A DNA stretch of 64,000 bases, from NCBI GenBank assembly GCA_963783375.1, contig CAWANH010000003.1, positions 32,001-96,000 on the forward strand, written 5' to 3'. Shown here in pieces: positions 56,790 through 64,000 of the stretch (position 1 is the first letter of the stretch; each line of letters opens with the position of its first letter). Under the pieces are notes generated by a model. The model made no database searches and was not told the origin of the DNA. It saw only the letters and a list, made by a program, of their open reading frames with translations. Both the position numbers and the translations under genes were made by a program. This DNA is from Candidatus Eiseniibacteriota bacterium (GTDB taxonomy: Bacteria > Eisenbacteria > RBG-16-71-46 > JABDJR01).

Positions 56790-58022
56790 CTAGGCGATGA
56801 TGCCCAGTTCGCGGCCGACTTTTCGGAAGGCGGTGAGGATCGTGTCGAGGTTCTGCTCGGTGTGGGTGGCCATGTACGAGGTACGGATACGGCTCGACGT
56901 CTCGGGCACCGCGGGGGCCACCACCGGGTTCGTGAACACCCCCTCCTCGAACAGGCGCTTCCAGAACACGAAGGTGGCTTCGAGGCTTCCGATGATGACG
57001 GGGATGATCGGGGTCTCGGAGTCCCCGGTGTCGTAGCCCATGCTCTGGAATTCGCCGCGCATGCGCTCGGCGATGAGGTTCACCCTCTCCCGCCGCTCCG
57101 GCTCGGTCTTCATGAGCTCCAGGCACTTCTGAACGGTGGCCACGGCGTAGGGAGGCATGCTGGCGCTGAAGATGAGGCTCCGGGCGTGGTGCTTCATGTA
57201 GTGGATGACCGCCTCTTCCCCGGCCACGAACCCGCCGATCGAGGCGAAGGACTTGGAGAACGTGCCCACCAGGAGGTCCACGTCGTCGAGCACGCCCTTG
57301 GCCTCGGAAGCGCCGATCCCGGTCTCGCCCAGGATGCCCACCGAGTGAGCCTCGTCCACCAGGATGCGGGCCCCGCGCTGCTTGGAGATGGCCACGATCT
57401 CCGGGAGGGGCGCGATGTCCCCCTCCATCGAGAACACCCCGTCCACCACCACCATACGCCCGCGGCGGGGATCCACCGAATCCAGCACGGAGGTGAGATC
57501 CCGCATGTCGTTGTGGCGGAAACGGCGGGTCTCGCCGTAGCTCAAGCGGCAACCGTCGACGATGCTGGCGTGGTCCAGCTTGTCGGTGATGACCACGTCG
57601 TCCCGCCCCACCAGGCTGGAAATGGTGCCCAGGTTGGTCTGGAAGCCGGTGGAGAAGACCAGGCAGGCCTCCTTGTGGCAGAACTCGGCCAGGTCCCGTT
57701 CCAGCTTCTCGTGGATGTCCAGGGTGCCGTTCAGGAACCTGCTCCCGGTGCACCCGGTGCCGTAACGGCGGGCGGCGGCGTCCGCCGCGTCCATGACCCG
57801 CTTGTCGTGGGTGTAGCCGAGATAGTTGTTGGATCCGGCCATGACCAGGGTCCGGCCGTCGATCACCACCTCGTTGGCGTCGGAGGCGCTGATCGGCATG
57901 AAGTAGGGGTAGTACCCAGCGGCCTGGGTCTCCTTGGCCCGGGTGTAGGAGTAGGCCTTCCTGAAGAGATCGGCGAACTCCTGAACCTCTCGGGCGGGGC
58001 TGGTCACCGGCTTCGACTCCAT
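56790..58022 (-). CDS. spt: Serine palmitoyltransferase (alpha-oxoamine synthase)
   Basis: YYPYFMPI, GSNNYLG, GTGCTGSRFLNGT, DHASIVDG, DEAH, GTFSKSFASIGG, IFSAS. Confidence 0.82.
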   Translation of the reverse strand: MESKPVTSPAREVQEFADLFRKAYSYTRAKETQAAGYYPYFMPISASDANEVVIDGRTLVMAGSNNYLGYTHDKRVMDAADAAARRYGTGCTGSRFLNGTLDIHEKLERDLAEFCHKEACLVFSTGFQTNLGTISSLVGRDDVVITDKLDHASIVDGCRLSYGETRRFRHNDMRDLTSVLDSVDPRRGRMVVVDGVFSMEGDIAPLPEIVAISKQRGARILVDEAHSVGILGETGIGASEAKGVLDDVDLLVGTFSKSFASIGGFVAGEEAVIHYMKHHARSLIFSASMPPYAVATVQKCLELMKTEPERRERVNLIAERMRGEFQSMGYDTGDSETPIIPVIIGSLEATFVFWKRLFEEGVFTNPVVAPAVPETSSRIRTSYMATHTEQNLDTILTAFRKVGRELGIIA

Positions 58023-58451
58023 CCTTCCTCCGAAAACGATCCGACCCCTCGTCCCAGTTCGCGCGGAATCGCCGCGGAACCCCGAAGATATGCACACAGA
58101 ACGCCCTAGGGTAACCGTAAGCTCCCGATCCGTCCAAGTACTTTCCCGGGGTCTCACGGAGGCGCGCCGACTCCCGCCGCCGGAGCCGCTTCTCCCCCTT
58201 GAGGCGCGTCGCCGTCGCCTCGCCGCCCGGCCGGGACCCGTCCTCCTTGCCGCGGGCCCGGCCTCCCCGCGCTTCCCGACCCACGGCTAGGTCGCGGCCC
58301 GCCAACGGGTTGGCCTCGGGGCGGCGGATGGAGTAGAATGGTTCGAGTTTCGTGGGCCGTGGCCATCGTCCGGCTCCCACGCGCCCACTCCGAGGCGCCG
58401 CCGTGCCGCCCTCCGGCCGACTTCGAATTACCGATCAGGAGACCTTCGACC

Positions 58452-60560
58452 ATGGCCGTCAGGAACGAAAAGATCGCCAAGAGCGCCCTCGAGAAGGGGG
58501 ATCTCGTCGCCGTGTACCGGAACATGGTGCTCTCGCGGCGCCTGGACGACGCCGAGATCAAGCTCAAGCGGCGAAATCAGTACTACTTCCAGATCAGCGG
58601 CGCCGGACATGAGGCGGTCCTGACCGCGGCGGGGATGCTGCTCCGCCCGGGCTACGACTGGTTCTACCCCTACTACCGCGACCGCGCCCTCTGCCTGATG
58701 CTCGGGGTCACCCCGCGGGAGATGCTCCTGGAGGGGGTCGGGGCCCACGAGGACCCGGCCTCGGCCGGCCGCCAGATGCCGAGCCACTGGGGCCACGAGA
58801 AATACAACCTGGTCTCCCAGTCGAGCCCCACCGGAACCCAGTGCCTCCAGGCGGTGGGTTGCGCGGAGGCGGGCGTGTTCTTCTCCACCCACCCCGAACT
58901 CCCCGGAAAGCCCCGCTTCCAGAACGACGAGGTGGTCTACGTCTCCATCGGCGACGGCGCCACCAGCGAGGGCGAGTTCTGGGAGGCCCTGTCCGCGGCC
59001 ACGGTCAACGCGCTTCCGGTCCTGTTCCTGGTCGAGGACAACGGATACGCGATCAGCGTCCCGGTCAAGGTCCAGACCCCCGGAGGGAAGATCAGCCGGG
59101 CGGTCCAGGGGTTCGACGGGCTCATGATCGAGGAGTTCGACGGCACGGATGCGGTGGAGTCCTACCAGGCGCTCTCCCGCCTGGTCGCGTACTGCCGGGA
59201 GCGGAAGGGACCGGCCCTGGCCCACGCCCACGTCACCCGGCCCTACAGCCACTCGATGTCCGACGACCACCGGGCCTACCGTTCTCCCGAGGAGTTGAAG
59301 GAGGAGGAGGCGCGCGATCCGCTGACCCGGCTCCAGAAGGTGCTCCTGGACGAGGACATCCTCACCAAGGGGAAGCTCGACGCGCTCCACGCCGCGGTGG
59401 ACGAGCAGATCGCCTCGGCGGTGGACGAGGCGGTCCAGGCCGAGAAGCCGCCGCTCCAGAGCGCCGCCCTCTACGTCTACTCCCCCGACGTCGACCCCAC
59501 CTCCGATGCGTTCTCGACCGAGCCCGTACCCCAGGGGGAGGGGGTCTCGGTGGTGGAGCTCATCAACGCCTGTCTGAAGGACGAGATGGAGCGCGATCCC
59601 CGGATCGTGGTGTTCGGGGAGGATGTGGCCGACTGCACCAACGAGGATGAACTGGAGCGGCTGAAGGGAAAGGGCGGGGTGTTCAAGGTGACCTCGGGTC
59701 TCCAGAAGGCGTTCGGTTCCGATCGCGTCTCGAACTCGCCGCTGGCCGAGGCCAACGTCGTGGGCCGCGCGGTCGGGATGGCCACCCGGGGGCTGAAACC
59801 GGTGGTGGAGATCCAGTTCTTCGACTACATCTGGCCCGCCTACCACCAGATCCGGAACGAGCTGGCCATGATGCGCTGGCGGAGCGGAAACCACTGGAAG
59901 TGCCCGCTGGTGATCCGGGTGCCCATCGGGGGCTACCTGGGAGGCGGCGCGGTCTACCACAGCCAATCCGGCGAGGTCCTCTTCACCCACAATCCGGGGC
60001 TCCGGGTGGTGATGCCCTCCAACGCCCTGGACGCCAACGGACTTCTCCGGACCGCCATCCGCTCCGACGACCCGGTGATGTTCCTGGAGCACAAGCACCT
60101 GTACCGCCAGCCTTACGCCAAGGGCGTCTACCCGGGGAAGGACTACATGATCCCCTTCGGGAAGGCGCGGACCCACCGTGGGGGGACCGATCTCACCGTG
60201 ATCACCTACGGCGCCATTGTCCGCCGGACCGAGATGGCGGCGAAGGAGCTGGAGAAGGACGGGATCTCGGTGGAGATCATCGACCTTCGTTCTCTCTCTC
60301 CCTGGGACACCGAGGCGGTGGCCGAGAGCGTGAAGAAGACCAGCAAGGTGCTGGTGGCCTACGAGGACAATCGGACCTGGGGCTACGGGGCGGAGATCGC
60401 GGCCTGGATCGGGGACAACCTCTTCGAGTACCTGGACGCGCCGGTCCGGCGCCTGGCCGGCATGGACACCCCGGTGGCCTACGCGCCCAACCTGGAGGAG
60501 ATCATCCTTCCCCAGGCCGAGGGCATCGCGAAGGCGCTCCGGGAGCTGGCCGCGTACTAG
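58452..60560 (+). CDS. 2-oxoacid (branched-chain/pyruvate) dehydrogenase E1, fused alpha+beta
   Basis: [24 protein letters not shown]...EDNGYAIS (TPP), [29 protein letters not shown]. Confidence 0.92.
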   Translation: MAVRNEKIAKSALEKGDLVAVYRNMVLSRRLDDAEIKLKRRNQYYFQISGAGHEAVLTAAGMLLRPGYDWFYPYYRDRALCLMLGVTPREMLLEGVGAHEDPASAGRQMPSHWGHEKYNLVSQSSPTGTQCLQAVGCAEAGVFFSTHPELPGKPRFQNDEVVYVSIGDGATSEGEFWEALSAATVNALPVLFLVEDNGYAISVPVKVQTPGGKISRAVQGFDGLMIEEFDGTDAVESYQALSRLVAYCRERKGPALAHAHVTRPYSHSMSDDHRAYRSPEELKEEEARDPLTRLQKVLLDEDILTKGKLDALHAAVDEQIASAVDEAVQAEKPPLQSAALYVYSPDVDPTSDAFSTEPVPQGEGVSVVELINACLKDEMERDPRIVVFGEDVADCTNEDELERLKGKGGVFKVTSGLQKAFGSDRVSNSPLAEANVVGRAVGMATRGLKPVVEIQFFDYIWPAYHQIRNELAMMRWRSGNHWKCPLVIRVPIGGYLGGGAVYHSQSGEVLFTHNPGLRVVMPSNALDANGLLRTAIRSDDPVMFLEHKHLYRQPYAKGVYPGKDYMIPFGKARTHRGGTDLTVITYGAIVRRTEMAAKELEKDGISVEIIDLRSLSPWDTEAVAESVKKTSKVLVAYEDNRTWGYGAEIAAWIGDNLFEYLDAPVRRLAGMDTPVAYAPNLEEIILPQAEGIAKALRELAAY

Positions 60561-60659
60561 CCCGGGTCATCCCCACCCCCCTTCTCCGGCGGGCATCTCT
60601 CCGCCGGCTCGAGCGTCGGCTCGCGCCGCCCGGGAGGGTCCCGGACCGCCACCCGCGGC

Positions 60660-61253
60660 TCACGACGAGGCCGGGGTGTCCGAGGAGATCTCGGGTTCGA
60701 TGAGCCGGCGCTCCAGGCGCCGCGCCCAGCGGTGGGCCTCCCAGGCCCCGCCCTCGGGTTCGCTGGCCGCCACCACCAGGCCGTGGCAGAGCGCGGCGAT
60801 CAACCGGTTCCGCCACCACCGGCGGTCCAGGCTCTCCGGAGCCGGGTTGGGGAACGCGGAGAGGACGAGTCCGCCCGCGTCCACGATCCTCCGCACGAGT
60901 TCCCCCCGCTCCGACTCCAGGAGGGTGGCGATCCCGCAGCCGGGGACGGCGATCGTCTTCAGACCGGCGGCCAGCGCCGCCTCGTGGGCGGCGGCGTCCA
61001 CCCCCGGCGAGATCCCGCTCAGGATGACCATGGCGAACTCCCGGGCCACATCGACGATCCGCCGCGTGTCCTGGAGCATCTCGGGGGTGGCGTTGCGCGT
61101 CCCCACCACGGCCAGGGCCGGACCCTTCAGCAGGAGTTCCCGGCTTCCCAGGGCCCGGAGCACCCGGGCGCGTCCGGGAAGCTCCAGCGCCCGCTCGGGG
61201 TAAGCGGAATCGCCGGGTCTTAGTTCCTGGATGTCCGGCTTGAAGTCGTTCAT
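60660..61253 (-). CDS. Short DprA/Smf-like protein (Rossmann domain only)
   Basis: YPE.L, LAVVGTRNAT, SG...GVDAAAHEAAL, TIAVPGCG, GLVLS, RNRLIAAL. Confidence 0.8.
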   Translation of the reverse strand: MNDFKPDIQELRPGDSAYPERALELPGRARVLRALGSRELLLKGPALAVVGTRNATPEMLQDTRRIVDVAREFAMVILSGISPGVDAAAHEAALAAGLKTIAVPGCGIATLLESERGELVRRIVDAGGLVLSAFPNPAPESLDRRWWRNRLIAALCHGLVVAASEPEGGAWEAHRWARRLERRLIEPEISSDTPASS

Positions 61254-61277
61254 GGTTGGCTTTCGTCGTCGCCCATT

Positions 61278-62004
61278 CTACACCCCGCGGCCGCGGGCGC
61301 TCTTCGGACCGCGTGTTTTCGGGAGCACGGTCCGGCCGATCCAGGCCTCCGTCGCCGCCCACCGCCTCATCCAGGATTTTCTCCGCGGTGCGGCCGCTTC
61401 GCTTCAGGACCGCGAACCCGTGGTCCGCCCCCTCCAGCCACACCAGCCGCGCGCGCCGCCCGAGCTTCTTCACCTCCGCCCGGAGCAGTTCCGGCTCGGC
61501 CAGGGGATCGCGGGTCCCGGAGAGAAAGAGCATGGGAACCCGCACCGACCCGAGGTGCTCCACCCGGAGCCGCTCGGGCCGGCCGGCGGGATGGAGCGGG
61601 TAGGCGAAGAACACCAGGCCCCCGGGGTCGAATCCGGCCACCCGCGACGCGGCAATGGAGGCCATGCGCCCCCCCATGGAGCGGCCCGCCGCCACCCGCG
61701 CGAGGCCCTCGAACTCCGGCCGCGCCTTCACCCACTCCCAGACCTCGCACCAGCTCTCCACCAGCACGTTCTCCTTGTCGGGGAGCGACCGCCCGGCCTC
61801 GGTGTAGGGGAAGTTGAACCGCAGGACGGCGAACCCGCGCCCGGCCAGGGCTTCGGCCAGGGCGTTCATGGACGGGTGGTCGCGGTGAACGCCGGCCCCG
61901 TGGGCCAGAGCCATCACCGCCCGAGGCTCCCCCGCCGGAAGGTCCCACTCCGCGGAGAGCGATCCCTGCGCGGTCGGAATCCGGAGCGGTTTCCGGTCCG
62001 GCAT
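61278..62004 (-). CDS. Alpha/beta hydrolase (KANL3/Tex30-like) with an apparent 1-bp frameshift near 61358
   Basis: LAHGAG, RFNFPY, GRSMGGR, YPLHP.G, GTRDPL, ADHGF; removing one G gives EAVAATEAWIG...GV-stop at 61278. Confidence 0.85.
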
Positions 62005-62077
62005 GCCGTCTCCTTCGTTGAGTGAAGCGCGTCGCGGTCCCGCGATGCGCGCCGGCGCGACCGCGGCGCCGCGTCGG

Positions 62078-63034
62078 CTAGAACAGCGTGGTCATGTACA
62101 CGGCGAAGAGCGCCAGGAGCCCCGCCCCGTACCATCGCCGCACCCGCCGGCCGTAGATGAACGCGGGAGCCAGGACCAGAGTGAAGCCCAGCATCCACCA
62201 GAGATCCGAGGCCAGGAAGCGGGGGTCCACGACCAGGGGCCGGAAGAGCGAGCCCAGCCCGAAGATCCCCAGGAGATTGAAGACGCTGGAGCCGATCACG
62301 TTCCCCACCGCCACGTCGGTCCGCCCGCGCAGCGCCGCGATCAGCGAGCTCGCCAGCTCGGGGAGGCTCGTCCCCATGGCCACCACGGTGAGACCCACCA
62401 CCCGCTCCGAGATCCCCACCGCCCGGGCCAGGGAGGTGGCCCCGTCCACGATCAGGTTCCCGCCGACCAGGAGCAGCACCAGGCCCGCCCCCACCAGGAT
62501 CGCCTGCCGGGGCAGGCCGGGGCTCTCGGTGGCCGGGGCGGTTCCCGCCTCGCGATCGGCCGCCTCCTGGCGGGCCACGTCCCGGCGAGCCGACGCCACC
62601 ACCGCCCAGGTGAACCCCACCAGCGCGACCAGAAGGGCCAGGCCCTCCAGCCGGTTCAGCAGGTGGCCGGTTCTCATGAAGAGCATGGTCACCAGGGTGG
62701 CCAGCACCAGGAACGGCCACTCCATCCGGGCCGTCTTGGACCCCACCGGAAGGGGCACCACCATCGCGCACACCCCGAGCACCAGGGCCAGGTTGAAGAT
62801 GTTGGAGCCGACCACGTTTCCGATGGCCACGTCCGGGCTTCCCCGGAACGCGGCCACCACGCTCACCACCAGCTCGGGAAACGAGGTCCCGGCCGAGACC
62901 ACGGTGAGACCGATCACCGCCGGGGTCACCCGGAGCCGCACCGCCAGCCCCACCGCTCCCCGGACCAGGACCTCTCCCCCGGCCACCAGGAGCACCAGGC
63001 CGCCCAGAACCAACAGCACGTCGGAAAGGATCAA
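62078..63034 (-). CDS. Calcium/sodium antiporter (YrbG family)
   Basis: Two alpha repeats GTSFPE...GNVVGSNIFN and GTSLPE...GNVIGSSVFN; TTG start overlaps the dapD stop. Confidence 0.9.
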   Translation of the reverse strand: MILSDVLLVLGGLVLLVAGGEVLVRGAVGLAVRLRVTPAVIGLTVVSAGTSFPELVVSVVAAFRGSPDVAIGNVVGSNIFNLALVLGVCAMVVPLPVGSKTARMEWPFLVLATLVTMLFMRTGHLLNRLEGLALLVALVGFTWAVVASARRDVARQEAADREAGTAPATESPGLPRQAILVGAGLVLLLVGGNLIVDGATSLARAVGISERVVGLTVVAMGTSLPELASSLIAALRGRTDVAVGNVIGSSVFNLLGIFGLGSLFRPLVVDPRFLASDLWWMLGFTLVLAPAFIYGRRVRRWYGAGLLALFAVYMTTLF

Positions 63035-63861
63035 GTGGGTATCCCGTACTCGCGGAGAGCCTCGTTGAGCGACGTCTTCCGATCGGTGGAGGGCTTTCGC
63101 CGCCCGATCAACAGCGCGCAGGGAACGGGAAAGGTGCCGGCGGGAAAGGTCTTGGGGCGCATTCCCGGGATGACCACCGAGCGCGCGGGCACGAAGCCCC
63201 GGTGCTCCACCGGTTCGCTCCCGGTCACGTCCACCACCGCGGTGGACGCGGTCAGGACGACCCCCGCCCCGAGCACCGCTTCCTCCTCCACCCGCACCCC
63301 TTCCACCACGATGCACCTCGAGCCGATGAAGGCGCCGTCCTCGACGATCACCGGGGAGGCCTGGACCGGCTCCAGCACCCCGCCGAGCCCCACCCCTCCG
63401 GAGAGATGGACGCCCTTCCCCACCTGGGCGCAGGAGCCCACGGTGGCCCAGGTGTCCACCATGGTTCCCTCCCCCACCCGGGCGCCGATATTGATGAAGG
63501 ACGGCATGAGGACCGCGTCCCGTCCGACGAAGGCTCCGTACCGCACCGTGGCCGGGGGCACCACCCGCACCGAGGCGCCCTCGAACCCGCGCTTGAGCGG
63601 AAGCTTGTCCCGGTACTCGAAGGGGCCGTGCTCGATCACCTCCACCTCCCGCTGGACGAAGTAGAGGAGCACCGCCTCCTTCACCCATCCGTGCACCGTC
63701 CAGGCGCCGCCGATCTTCTCGGCCACCCGCACCTCGCCGGAATCGAGTCCGGCGACGGCGCGCTCCACCGCCTCCACCGCGGCGGGGTCACGCCGGCGGG
63801 CGGGATCCTTCCAGGCGTCTTGGACGATCTTCGCGGTCTCGGACCAGTCGCTCAGGTTCAT
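63031..63861 (-). CDS. dapD: Tetrahydrodipicolinate N-succinyltransferase
   Basis: W.KEAVLLYF, RVVPPA.VR.G, MPSF.NIGA, DTWATVGSCAQ, HLSGGVG.GGVLEP. Confidence 0.95.
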   Translation of the reverse strand: MNLSDWSETAKIVQDAWKDPARRRDPAAVEAVERAVAGLDSGEVRVAEKIGGAWTVHGWVKEAVLLYFVQREVEVIEHGPFEYRDKLPLKRGFEGASVRVVPPATVRYGAFVGRDAVLMPSFINIGARVGEGTMVDTWATVGSCAQVGKGVHLSGGVGLGGVLEPVQASPVIVEDGAFIGSRCIVVEGVRVEEEAVLGAGVVLTASTAVVDVTGSEPVEHRGFVPARSVVIPGMRPKTFPAGTFPVPCALLIGRRKPSTDRKTSLNEALREYGIPT

Positions 63862-64000
63862 GGGGTCTCCTCCGGGATGCTCTCCCCCCGAATCGGATCG
63901 GGAGGAAACCTTCGGGCGCAGCGCGAGGCCGTTCTCTCCGCCCCGCACCGGGGGCGCCGCCGGGAACCACTATACGGAGAGCTGCCGCAGGCGGGCCAGG

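Noticed and set aside
1-64000. tRNA, rRNA, IS transposase or prophage genes
   Set aside because: None recognised by eye.

Overview
High-GC bacterial DNA, mostly coded on the minus strand. FlgD-type C-terminal domains, a PorV/PorP-like barrel and a Bacteroidetes-like SPT suggest an FCB-related lineage (inference). The left 38 kb reads as one pathway for feeding on extracellular DNA. It has two secreted lamin-tail/Ig/OB-fold proteins, a PorV/PorP-like barrel, an HhH-plus-beta-barrel outer-membrane protein, a second barrel and a 5'-nucleotidase. Next come a nupC-hpt-deaminase-add-udk-punA salvage operon and a sugar-phosphate (SPU-type) microcompartment (rpiB, deoC, aldehyde dehydrogenase, BMC-H/T/P). 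One secreted gene has a Pho-box-like triple repeat upstream. The 39.6-41.5 kb region holds a toxin-antitoxin pair, a higB remnant and a lone integron cassette with an attC but no intact integrase. An HNH nuclease gene at 46.4-47.8 kb is surrounded by GTACCCGGGTAC palindromic repeats. The right part has a frameshifted mutY, sufS, a YajR-type MFS, an spt-bCerS-cerR-PAP2 sphingolipid operon, a fused 2-oxoacid dehydrogenase E1, a short dprA, a Ca/Na antiporter and dapD. All calls rest on motifs recognised by eye; no searches were run.
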